Positions 48,167 through 59,400 of a stretch of DNA of 64,000 nucleotides are shown one piece after another. The translations under genes and the position numbers were made by a program. Numbering within the stretch: position 1 is the first letter of the stretch; each line of letters opens with the position of its first letter. Under the pieces are notes generated by a model, which did no database searches, was not told where the DNA came from, and saw only the letters and a list, made by a program, of their open reading frames with translations. Source of the DNA: Squalus acanthias (taxonomy: Eukaryota); NCBI GenBank assembly GCA_030390025.1, contig CM059432.1, positions 115,384,001-115,448,000 on the forward strand. The letters are read 5' to 3'.

Positions 48167-48354
48167 GGGCCTGGAAATTCGTCTCGGGCGGTGGCGCGAT
48201 ACGGGCGGTATCGGATCTGCCGCCCGTTATACACAGCGCCTCATACTCGGTTCCATTGCAGTCAGTGGAACTGAATATCCGGCACTGCGTATAATGGGCA
48301 GCCGATCAGATACCGCCCGTATAGCGCCACCGCCCGTGTCGAATTTCTAGGCCC
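48167..48354. mobile_element. Palindromic (fold-back) Harbinger-type MITE
   Basis: GGGCCTGGAAATTCG...GGGCGGTGGCGCGATACGGGCGGTATC mirrored by GATACCGCCCGTATAGCGCCACCGCCC...CGAATTTCTAGGCCC; centre TTCCATTGCAGTCAGTGGAA. Confidence 0.85.
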
Positions 48355-48472
48355 TAGAATTTATCCAATGTTGACAGCTCTGCATTTCTGGTTTCTGCTC
48401 CCCTCCACAGTTGCTCTGCTAAATGCTTTAACGTAGGAAAACGTCCCAAGGCACTTCACAGGAGGCGTTAAA

Positions 48473-48782
48473 AGGAAGACTTGCATTTATACAGCGCCTT
48501 TCACAATGTCCCAAAGCGCTTCACTGCCTTCTTTCTTTCTTAACCTGTAATTCAGACTTTTGAAGTGTAGTCACTGTTGTAATGTAGGAAACACGGCAGC
48601 CAATTTGCACACAGCAAACTCCCACAAACAACAATGCAATGGTGACCACATAATCTGTTTTCAGTGATGCTGAAGGGAAAACATTTGCAGGGTTACGGGC
48701 AAAGGGCGGGGGAGTGGGACGGCACGGGCTCGACGGGCCGAATGGCCTCCTTCTGTGCTGTAACCATTTTATGATTCTATGA
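48473..48782. mobile_element. Deu-SINE 3' fragment (-, to about 48672) joined to a CR1 tail (+)
   Basis: Matches 4410-4558 (TTTTGAAGTGTAGTCACTGTTGTAATGTAGGAAAC...), then GGGCCGAATGGCCTCC...ATTCTATG. Confidence 0.75.
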
Positions 48783-49790
48783 ATGTAGGTTACATGCCTC
48801 CTGCAGTAGTTCAACGGGAGCTGGTGCCTGGCGGGTGACCTCCAGCTACCTAAACCAGGAAACATCATTGCAGGCTGGGTGCTGCTCAATACACGGCTGA
48901 TAGATTCTGGGGCAAAAAACTGGCATCTTTGAATCAACCTCCAGGTTTGTGCAAGGACCAGTTTCCACAGAATCAAAATTAACGGGTCTGGGAGGCACAT
49001 GAATTGTATCTGTAACTAACTTATCAGAGAACTCAGGAGGGATAAGAAGATCAAAATGTCAAGTTTCCATGATGAAGAAAATACATTGCAAATATGAAGA
49101 TATCTTCCAACAGATATTACCCTTTTTAAAAAAATGCTTCTTAAGGGTTAAAAATGTAAGATAAATACTCATGTTCACTAAAGTGCTTAGTAAATTCAAT
49201 GTATCAGGAGTGTTCTAGCATTCCATTTGATAAGCAAATCATTACAGAGGAAAAGAAAGACTTGTATTTAGAAATGGTCTTATTATATCTCTGAGAAATG
49301 TCTCAAAGCACTTCAGATACAAAGAATTACTCTGAGGTGCAGGCCCAGGAGTGCTGGTATTTCCTGCCCTCGGCCATTAGGATGGACCCGTGTCAATCAT
49401 GCGCCCACATCGCGCTGGCAGGCTGGCAAAAACCTTATCTCTAAGCCTAAGAAGAATCTCAAAACGTTTGATCTCAGAAAACAGTTACATCGGCACTGGA
49501 TTTGTACTGGAGCTGCTGTTTAACTTGCCACCGTGTATATTTCTATTGCATAACCAATTCATGGTTCCTCTAAAATATATGGTCTGTCAGCGTGCTGTTT
49601 TTCCACGTATTGGAATGTTCAGTAGTAATCAGTGGCATCCCATACTATTTCATATATAGCTCAGTGGGAAAAGGGATGATTGTTAGCCCTGAGGCAGGCT
49701 ACATCCCACTCACTACACATATAAGGTAATCTTTCAGTTCATAAGAAACACGGACATCCTTATGAAAGCTGCCTTTACCTTTAACATGTG

Positions 49791-49864
49791 GGCCGGTTTG
49801 CTCTATTGGCTGGAGTGTGATGCTACTAATGTCATGGTCAGGGGTTCAATCCTCAAATAGGCCA
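49791..49864 (+). pseudogene. tRNA-Ile(AAT)-derived pseudogene
   Basis: 74 nt, collinear without gaps with vertebrate tRNA-Ile-AAT as recalled (GGCCGGTT...GGTTC.ATCC...GGCCA), about 19 substitutions; anticodon position reads ACT; followed by TTTTTT. Confidence 0.7.
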
Positions 49865-49965
49865 TTCAGCTTTTTTGGGGTAAATTTGTATAGGCTTGTG
49901 TGGAGTATAAACACCGGCATAGACCAGTTGAGCTGAATGACCTGTTTCTGTGCTGGAGAATCTGT

Positions 49966-50610
49966 GGCCTATAAATTCGGCCGCACTACACCCGTCTTTT
50001 GGTGCTAACTGGCCTACAAAGCCTCGAATACATCGGGCAGGAAGCACGCGCACATTTCAGGCCGGAAATGCGCCATCCACTATATTGGGAAAGGGGAAAA
50101 AAAGGTGTCCTTTACCCACGCCTGAAACTGATGTTAGGCTCTTTGCATATGCAAGTAAGGGGCTTAACGCCCATTTGAGGCCCTCTCTGCAAGATTGGCA
50201 AACCAGACCTTGGGATCGCCTGCAACCTACAAGGTAAGTCTTTTACATTTGGAATGCGGAGCCTGGAGAAGCAGAAGTGCTCCTCTCAACCCCACATTTA
50301 ACCCCCCTCTGCCCCCGATCCTGACTCCCGATCCTCCCCCCACCACCCCCACCCCACAGCCTCCTCTTCGGGGCCCCTCTCCCAGGCCCCAGCCTCCTCT
50401 CCCAAACCCAGATCCTGGACCCATGGCCTCCTATACCGGCCTCCTCTCCTGACCCCTATCTTGGACCCCTGATCTCTGGCCCAAATCCCAATCCCCGGAC
50501 TCACTTACCTGAGGGGTTGCAGCGGCCCGATATCACACAGCTCTTCACCAGCAAGCTCTGATGCTGCGCTGGCTGCATTATAATGAAGCCCAAGTGTAAG
50601 AATATGGGCT
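49966..50610. mobile_element. Probable Harbinger-type MITE with C-rich centre
   Basis: Begins GGCCTATAAATTC; CpG-rich arms; weak right TIR GAATATGGGCT. Confidence 0.5.
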
Positions 50611-51187
50611 TTTGAGGGTATTTAGAGGGATTCGGCATTGCAAGAGTTAAATGACCCTAAGATTTTTTGTAGAACTGCTATTCTGCAAAATCCACGGCTT
50701 TTGGACTCCCAGGATGACGTACGATCACAAGTGTCCTTGTTATTACAAAAAACATTTGTTATTGCTAGGAGAGGGAAAAACAGTGTCTACAAAGTTATTT
50801 CTTATATCTCCTGTCTGTGGGAATGGGCAAACTTTTGTAATTTGTTGAAATATAATCTAATATAATCCCCTTTCACTATTGTTCAGTAGTAAGCTTTGCT
50901 AGATTGTAGTTTAATATTAAGTTTGCTAGCATACAGTTTTATTTCTCTTTTATTAGGATTAGTAAAGAAAATGCTGTTTAAGTTAGGATTTCTTTACAGT
51001 TAGAACTTTTGTTGTCTTCAAGGTCCTGGGTTGCATCATCAACTGTGAAAACAGAAAAGGCTTGTGCTAAGGCTAAAAGCAGATAAGGGATGCCCAAGGC
51101 CTGTGCCTGAACACATAACTTGCTGTGCCTATGATTGGATGGATTTTTCTGTAGTTCTGGTTTTTGGGGTATATATATTTTTATTAT

Positions 51188-51960
51188 TTGTTTATGGGAT
51201 GTGGGCGTCGCTGGCAAGGCCAGCATTTATTGCCCATCCCTAATTGCCCCGAGAAGGTGGTGGTGAGCCGCCTTCTTGAACCGCTGCAGTCTGTGTGGTG
51301 AAGGTACTCCCACAGTGCTGTTAGGTAGGGAGTTCCAGGATTTTGACCCAGCGACGATGAAGGATCAGCGATATACTTCTAAGTCAGGATGGTGTGTGAC
51401 TTGGAGGGGAACTTGGAGGTGGTGGTGTTCCCATGCGCCTGCTGCCCTTGTCCTTCTAGATGGAAGAGGTCACGGGTTTGGAAGGTGCTGCTGAAGAAGC
51501 CTTGACGAGTTGCTGCAGTGCATCTTGTAGATGGTACACACTGCAGCCATGGTACGCCGGTGGTGGAGTGAGTGAATATTTAAGGTGGTGGATGGGATGC
51601 CAATCAAGCAGGCTGTTTTTTCCTGGATGGTGTCGAGCTTCTTGAGTGTTGTTGGAGCTGCACTCATCCAGGCAAGTGAAGAGTATTCCATCACACTCCT
51701 TACTTGTGCCTTGTAGATGGTAGAAAGGCTTTGGGGAGTCAGGAGGTGAGACACTCGCCGCAGAATACCTAGCCTCTGACCTGCTCTTGTTGCCACAGTA
51801 TTTATGTGGCTGGTCCAGTTAACTTTCTGGTCAATGGTGACCCCCCAGGATGTTGATGGTGGGGGATTCGGCGATGGTAATGCCATTGAATGTCATGGGG
51901 CGGTGGTTAGACTCTCTCTTGTTGGAGATAGTCATTGCCTGGCACTTCTGTGGCGCAAAT
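51188..51960 (-). mobile_element. LINE family B 3' fragment
   Basis: GVTIDQKVNWTSHINTVATRAGQRLGILRRVSHLL...YKAQVRSVMEYS...LDTIQEK. Confidence 0.9.
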
Positions 51961-54029
51961 GGGGGTTTGGGTCATTCTCAGTATAGAAGGGCCAAGGAGG
52001 ACACCAGACAGGTATAGACGTGTATGTGAGTAGAAGGTATGAGAAATGGGCTATACCTTCAACCAAAGGACAATAACGGGTAATATAATTCTCAATTGTA
52101 CTTTGTAAACTGCTGCTCGGATACTGTAATGTATTAAGTCTCACTTATGCTTAAATAAAAATTATAACCATTACCAATATGGAGTCAGCTTCGATCCATT
52201 GAACAGACAGTCCTAAGGGACTTGAAATTTATTACACAAGGTCCAATATCTGGGGAGACTCCGGCCTCACCATTCAGGTGCAGGGCATGTATCCTACGCC
52301 CCCCTGCATGTCCAAAAAAGCGGCATTCCTGAATTTCTGGACCTATGCCATTCAAGTCTGTTGAGCGCAAGCCCAAGTTGAAATGGGCCCTGAAAATCCA
52401 TGTACCTACAAGTGAATTGGGATGCATCCCAGGCTGGCAAAGACTGGCAGCAGCAGAAATAGAGGTGGGATCCATTAACTCCAAGATCACCTGTGGGGCT
52501 GCGGACATCTGGCGCGTCCATCCCCTTGCAGCCTGATATCATTAATGCTCCATCACAGATATGACAATGGAGTGAGATCACAGGTTTTCAGGCCCAGGAT
52601 CTTTAATGTCCACCTGAACAGGCAAATGGGAATTCAAAGGAATGCACCTCCAACAATGCAGCAGACCCTCAGTATGGCACTGGATCTCACAGTATGAGTT
52701 CAACTCCTGGAGTGGAATTCTCTCACTCTGAATGGATATACAGCCATTACTTTGAGAAAGGTTGATGGACAAAATACTGCACTTTTAGAAAAAATGGAAA
52801 TGGCATAATCTAGAAACATCTTCGACAGGTGCAGTATTCACATTCCTTCATGAGGTTATTAAAATCAGGTAACAAGCACAGAATACTCTTAGCTTTATTT
52901 CTTATATTTCTTATATCAGTATTTTTTTTTAACCATACACACATTCTTATCCTAAATTAAAAAAACACTATTACTATTAAACTACTTTAACTACAAATTT
53001 ATGACAAAATATAACTTAATGAAGCATCATTTTAATTACACAGAAAATTAGTTTGTTTTTAGAGGACTTGGCAATCTAGCACTCCCCGCACATACATAAT
53101 TCAAACGTAACACTTGTAATGGTGCGTGCAGATAGAGCATGCTTTTTGACTTTAGTGCACTGTACTCTGTCTAAAGAAAATCTGGGGGAAACCTCACTTG
53201 TTGTACTGTAGCTAATGCTGCAAAACATCTGTTGGACTCTTTGGGTGTGCCTCCTCCGATTTCTACGGCAACAATCTCCTAGTTTAATCATTACTAAAAG
53301 CAGAGCACCACACAATGGATAAACTGGCTTCCTTTATAATAAAAGTATGTTTTCTCTTTGAGCACACCTGGTATATTTCCTAGAAATATGTCACAAGGAG
53401 TTTGACCAGAGTTGTCAACATCAGGCAAATCTTAGGGATAAGATTTTCATTCAGGTGTCACCCCTGTACCTGAAGCATCATTTCACATCCTTTTTCTTTC
53501 TCATTCTTCTCTGCGTTTACTTTCCTTTTTTTTTTACTTCTTGTGCCTTTTCTCTCTTTCCTCTCTCTCTTTTCTCGTTTTGCCCTTTCTCTTGTGTTGT
53601 CCTGTTTCAGTCTCTCTCTCTTTTTCTTTATTTCTGTTTCTATCTCCACAGCTTGTCTGCCTGAGGTGCAAGTAGCACTACTGTGGCTTTCTCTTGCTGC
53701 AGCACAAGGGAACAAGAAGAATGCTCTGGAGAAAGGGCTATCGTAGCATTCACAGCCACAGGGAAAGTCCCCTATTAATTCTGCAGCGCTTTCAAATTTT
53801 AATGGAGGACATTTAATATTGCTATGGGTCCTGGGAAAGCTATGCCTCCACAGCATTATTTTGCTTTCATTTGATTTCCAACATAGAGAAAGCAAAATAC
53901 AATACAAAGCTGTGATTTCCCAGTTTAGTGCAGAAGTGAGTTGGATAGTCATAACTCACAAGAGTTTCTCCATCAAGTTGGTAATACAAGTTGGTAAGCA
54001 CGACAATAACGGGGGTGGGGTGCTAACAA

Positions 54030-54790
54030 GGCAAGGGAATACACAATAAATTGTAGGATACTGAGAAGTGCAGAGGATCAGAGGGACCTTGGAGTGCATG
54101 TCCACAAATCCCTGAAGGTAGCAGGGCAGGTAGATAAGGTGGTTAAGAAGGCATACGGGATACTTGCCTTCATTAGCCGAGGCACAGAATATAAGAGCAG
54201 GAAGGTTATGCTTGAACTATATAAAACACTAGTTAGGCCACAGCTAGAATACTGCGTGCAGTTCTGGTCACCACATTACAGGAAGGATGCGATTGCACTA
54301 GAGAGGGTACAGAGGAGATTTACGAGGATGTTGCCTGGGCTGGGGAATTTTAGCTATGAGGAAAGATTGGATAGGCTGGGGTTGTTTTCTTTGGAACAGA
54401 GGAGGCTGAGGGGAGATTTAATTGAGGTGTATAAAATTATGAGGGACCTAGATAGAGTGGATAGGAAGGACCTATTTCCCTTAGCAAAGAAGTCAATAAC
54501 CAGGGGGCATAGCTTTAAAGTAATTGGTAGAAGGATTAGAGGGAGTTGAGGAGAAATGTTTTCACCCAGAGAGTGGTGGGAGTCTGGAACTCACTGCCTG
54601 AAAGGGTGGTAGAGGCAGAAACCATCATCACATTTAAAAAGTACTTGGATATGCACTTGAAGTGCCGTAACCTGCAAGGCTACAGACCAAGAGCTGGAAA
54701 GTGGGATTAGGCTGGATGGTTCTTTTTTGACCGGCGCAGACACGATGGGCCAAATGGCCTCCTTCTGTGCTGTAAATTTCTATGATTCTA
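54030..54790 (+). mobile_element. CR1 3' fragment
   Basis: VHKSLKVAGQVDKVVKKAYGILAFISRG...RPQLEYCVQFWSP...; CR1 tail. Confidence 0.93.
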
Positions 54791-54832
54791 AGAATAAAAG
54801 GTGGCTTCAAAAAAAGTAGTTTTACATATAAA

Positions 54833-55759
54833 GGCCGCGATTTTCTCCAGGTAGGTGGGTTGGGAGCAGGGGGCCGTGAGGCGGGCGGGAAATCCGGGAG
54901 GCCAGGTTTCCAGCAGGCACTGCCAATTTTATCAGCAGAGCCTAATTTGAATCTCAGGTCTCGGATTCCCGCCCGCAGCCAGCCAGCTGAGAGGCTGGCT
55001 GGCTGCAGGTGGGTAGGCCTCAGTCAGAATCGCCAGTCCGGGGTCCGGGACCGCTGGAGGGGGGGGTCCGGGATTGGGGGGGGTCCGGGATTGGGGTGTC
55101 CGGGATTGGGGGGGTCCAGGATTGCCAGTCCGGGGGTCGGTGCCGCCGGAGGATGGCGGCCAGGGATGGGGGAGGGGGGCGGAGTATCGGGGCGGCAACC
55201 AGAGGATCGTGGCCGGCCTCATCATCATCGGTGGGGGGAAGCCCAGGGGTGGTGGGGGTTGGTGGGGAGGGGGAGGCCTGGGGCTGGGGGTGGGAGGCCT
55301 GGGGCTGGGGAGGCCTGGGGCTGGGTGGGGGGCCTGGGGCTGGGAAGCCTCATGGTGGTGATCGGAGGCCTCGTGGGCAGGTCTCCGATCGAGGGGGGTG
55401 GGTGAGGCAGGGACCCTGGATCCAGGAGGTAGGTATAAAGCCACTTACCTCCTGGATGCAGCAGTTCCCGTCATGGTTTAACTGCCGGGTTTCACAACTT
55501 GGGTGAAACCCGTCCCCAGGCAGTTAAATTTAAAATGGAGGGGAAAATAAAGGCTTCCAGCCTCATTACGATATTTAAATTGAGGTAATGCTCCCTGGGC
55601 GCGGGTTGATCGCCCGCCCCCGTCCAGGCCCCATACCACCACCAGGAAAACCGCAGGTGGGCGCATTGAAGGTGGGATCAGGTCAGGAATCCCACTTTTA
55701 AAAATTTAACTGCCCCCACGCTCCAAACCCACCTGTTTTTTTAGGGGGAAATTCCGGCC
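54833..55759. mobile_element. Harbinger-type MITE with G-rich tandem-repeat centre
   Basis: TIR GGCCGCGATTTTCTCC / GGGGGAAATTCCGGCC; AAA TSD; centre repeats GTCCGGGATTGGGG and GGAGGCCTGGGGCTGGG. Confidence 0.8.
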
Positions 55760-56145
55760 AAAGTAACCATCTGTCAAACCAACTAAGAATCTAACGGCAG
55801 TCACTATAGATAATGTGTGTCTATTAGATGGAGAAAAAAAATGTAAACTAAAAGATATAAACATTATGGCCCAGATTTTGCGGTCAGCGGAGAAGCGACG
55901 GCGCTCATCACTGACCTCAGAGAAAGCTGTCTACAAAGATCTAGCGATCTCTGTGGTGTGGATTTCACCTTTCCCCATTTTAATTTGATTCTGATGTCAT
56001 GTATTGGGGATCTCCAGTGTCCAGCAACAGTGATGTCGCCAAACAGGCTAAGCAGCCAAGCACACTGAAGAATTCTCAGACAGCAAACCAAAAAGTAAAA
56101 AGCACTGATTATCCTTCACTTTTTACAAATGTTACGGAGAGCGAA

Positions 56146-57195
56146 CATAAATACTTTGGCAACAAGAGCAGGTCAGAGGCTGGGTATTCTGCGACGAGTG
56201 TCTCGCCTCCTGACTCCCCAAAGCCTTTCCACCATCTACAAGGCACAAGTAAGGAGTGTGATGGAATACTCTCCACTTGCCTGGATGAGTGCAGCTCCAA
56301 CAACACTCAAGAAGCTCGACACCATCCAGGAAAAAACAGCCCGCTTGATTGGCACCCCATCCACCACCTTAAACATTCACTTCCTCCACCACCAGCGTAC
56401 CGTGGCTGCAGTGTGTAGAAACATAGAAACATAGAATCTAGGAGCAGGAGTAGGCCATTCGGCCCGTCGAGCCTGCTCCGCCATTCAATACGATCATGGC
56501 TGATCATCCAAATCCAGTACCCTGTCCCTGCTTTAATCCCCACAGTACACATATCCCACCCTACCCCCGTAACCCCACGTATTTAATTCCCCCTAACATA
56601 TCCCATCCTATCCCCATAACCCCACATATTTAATCCCCCCTAACACTAAGGGTCAATTTATCATAGCCAAATCAACCTAACCCACACATTTTTGGACTGT
56701 GGGAGGAAACCGGAGCACCCGGAGGAAACCCACGCAGACACGGGGAGAATGTGCAAACTCCACACAGACAGTCACCCGAGGTCAGATTCGAACCCGGGTC
56801 TCTGGCGCTGTGAGGCACCAGTGCTAACCACTATGCCACCGTGTACCATCTACAAGATGCACTGCAACAACTTGCCAAGGCTTCTTCGGCAGCACCTCCC
56901 AAACCCGCAACCTCTTCCACCTAGAGGGACAAGGGCAGCAGGCGCATGGGAACACCACCATCTCCAAGTTCCCCTCCAAGTCACACACTATCGTGACTTA
57001 GAAGTATATCGCCGATCCTTCATCGTCGCTGGGTCAAAATCCTGGAACTCCCTACCTAACAGCACTATGGGAGTGCCTTCACCACACGGACTGCAGTGGT
57101 TCAAGAAGGCAGCTCACCACCACCTTCTCAAGGGTAATTAGGGATGGGCAATAAATGCTGGCCTTGCCAGCGATGCCCAGATCCCATAAGCGAAT
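56146..57195 (+). mobile_element. LINE family B 3' fragment split by a SINE
   Basis: INTLATRAGQRLGILRRVSRLL...TVAAVC | TIYKMHC...SKSWNSLP. Confidence 0.9.
56418..56840 (-). mobile_element. HE1-like V-SINE, young copy
   Basis: Reverse complement of about 14392-14816 with 2 substitutions; GTGTA duplication at 56413-56417 and 56841-56845. Confidence 0.93.
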
Positions 57196-57336
57196 AAAAA
57201 GAAATACTCGCCTCCCCAGGGCTGGCAAAATCGTCCCCGGAATTTTTATCATAATGGAAAAATTTGACACTCCACAAATATAAAATTAGTTTTTCAGGGC
57301 CAGAGAGATTGTTCAGCAGTAATTATTACTTCGTAC

Positions 57337-57503
57337 CAATGTTCCCGTTAAGCTGTGCAGCCATGCGGCCTTGCAGCGGTCTGGAGGTCCCGCGCAGGCC
57401 ACCGGCTTCACAAAGGAAATAACCGCGCTTGCGCAAAAAACTGAATAGGCCACACAGCCAGTTAAAGAGCCCACACACTCAAAAAAAATTACGGGGAACA
57501 TTG
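57337..57503. mobile_element. hAT-type MITE
   Basis: TIR CAATGTTCCC / GGGAACATTG; degraded 8-bp TSD CTTCGTAC / CTCAGTAT. Confidence 0.8.
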
Positions 57504-58854
57504 CTCAGTATGCTGTTAAAAACAGTTACACCTCATTGAACAAGGCTCAACTTTTTCGGGGGGTTTTTAACAGCAATATTACAGCATAAAAGGGGAAGTT
57601 CTCGTCAGTTTAGTGATTTCTCAAAGATTGCCATCTGCGGGGACTTCAACAATGCCCTGTGGAGAAGCAGTGAATCACTGACAGCAGTTTCTGGATTTCC
57701 AGCGTTTAACTGCGCATGTGCAGACACCAGACATTGCTGTCAGTTTCACGGGGTAATGACGGTGAACGCTGACAGATTTTCCGTCGTTATAACCACAAAA
57801 TCTGGGCCTATATAGATTCTGAGGTCGTGTAAATTGAGAGGCAGCAGTAAGGATGTTTATACCATAACTGTAACATTGCTGCAAAGTAGCGTCTACTTCT
57901 CAGCAATGCTAAAATTGCAGTATAAATCTAGAGTCAGGGCCTAGGTCTGATTCTGGAGAGCAGTGATGTAAGGCCTTCTGGCGGACGTAATCTCACACCA
58001 CATTGGTATGACCCCCCCACCCCCACATGGAGTATAACTCCAGTGTACTGTCAAACCGGGTTTAAAAAATACTCAGTGCTACCTACCTAGATCTGATTCA
58101 AATGTTTGGAGAACTGGGACGCTCCTGACCAGAATCTTTAAACCTTTACATTTTAACCACTGGAAGAGGAGCTCTCTGCAGGCGGGTGAACATACAGACA
58201 CAAAGTTCTCTCTCCAAGGTAATAGAATTGCAGTTTAAGCCAGGTAGTATGAACACGGTGCTGCTCAGCTGGAACCAATATAAATGCACCATTAGTGCTT
58301 TACTATGAGCCTATTTGATACAGTGTCATTGTATAATTATATTTTATTGTCCTCCATAAGCCTGTTATACTAAGTATCAAAAATTCAAATCAAAACCATC
58401 TTCTGTTTAGGCAAGTCATCTCCATGAAAAGTACTTTTTGTATTTCATGGAAATGGCATTATAACAAGGAACAGGCAGTACTGTTTGAAGCTTCAGTAAC
58501 CTCACCCAACTCTTCTGCAGTCCATACAGTATTTTAGTGCTTATTTAAAATGATAATTTACATCTAACTATCATCACTATAATTACTTATTTAACTCATG
58601 GTATTAACAGAATAGAGGATGAGGAGTCACGGGATATAATTTATATCCCACTTGTGGCACTCGCCATAACTCACTCCTGGCTTTGTTGCTTATGACTTAC
58701 CAGATCAGCTTACTAGTGCAATATAAATTATATCTCATAGTTCCTTATTGTGAACGCTCTATTTGCATAGTTCAGTCTCATGAATAAAGCAATACACTAA
58801 TGAAAAAATCATAAAGGCTCCTTGGAATATATAGCAATTATATGAACTGAATTT

Positions 58855-59400
58855 CCTCAGCTGGAGTATTGTCTTCAATTCTGGGCGTCACACTTTAGGA
58901 AGGATGTCAAGGTCTTGGAGAGGGTGCAGAGGAGAGTTACTAGAATGGTACCAGGGATGAGAGACTTCAGTTATGTTGAGAGGCTGGAGAAGCTGGGATT
59001 GTTCTCCTGATGGCAGAGAAGGTTAAAAGTCAATTTAATAGAGGTGTTCAAAATTATGAGGAGTTTTGATAGAGTAAATAGGGAGAAACTGTTTCCACTG
59101 GCAGGAGGGTCAAGACGGTATCCAGAAGACACAGATTGGCAAAAGAACTAGAGGGGAGAGGAGGAGAATTTATTTTACACAGCGAGTTGTTGTGATCTGG
59201 AATGCACTGCCTGAAAGGGCGGTGGAAGCAGATTCAATGGTAACTTTCAAAAGGGAATTGTATAAATACTAGAAGGGGAAAGAAATGCAGGGCTACGGGG
59301 AAACAGAAGGGGAGAGGGCCTAATTGGATAGCTCTTTCAAAGAGCCGGCTCAGGCACGATGGGCTGAATGGCCTCCTTCCGTGCTGTAAAATTCGATGAA
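58855..59400 (+). mobile_element. CR1 3' fragment
   Basis: PQLEYCLQFW...ERVQRR...RMVPGMRDFSYVERLEKLG remnant; CR1 tail. Confidence 0.88.

Larger units (their letters stand above)
55868..57808. mobile_element. Harbinger-type MITE hosting nested LINE, SINE and hAT insertions
   Basis: Perfect 13-bp TIR GGCCCAGATTTTG / CAAAATCTGGGCC; TAT TSD; arms homologous to 35636-36431. Confidence 0.88.

Noticed and set aside
53458..53952. Lys/Arg/Glu-rich 164-aa ORF on the minus strand
   Set aside because: Translation of the polypurine strand; no recognisable domain
54782..55506. Gly-rich and Pro-rich ORFs (collagen/extensin-like); also 18813-19505 and 50195-50504
   Set aside because: Artefacts of G/C low-complexity MITE centres
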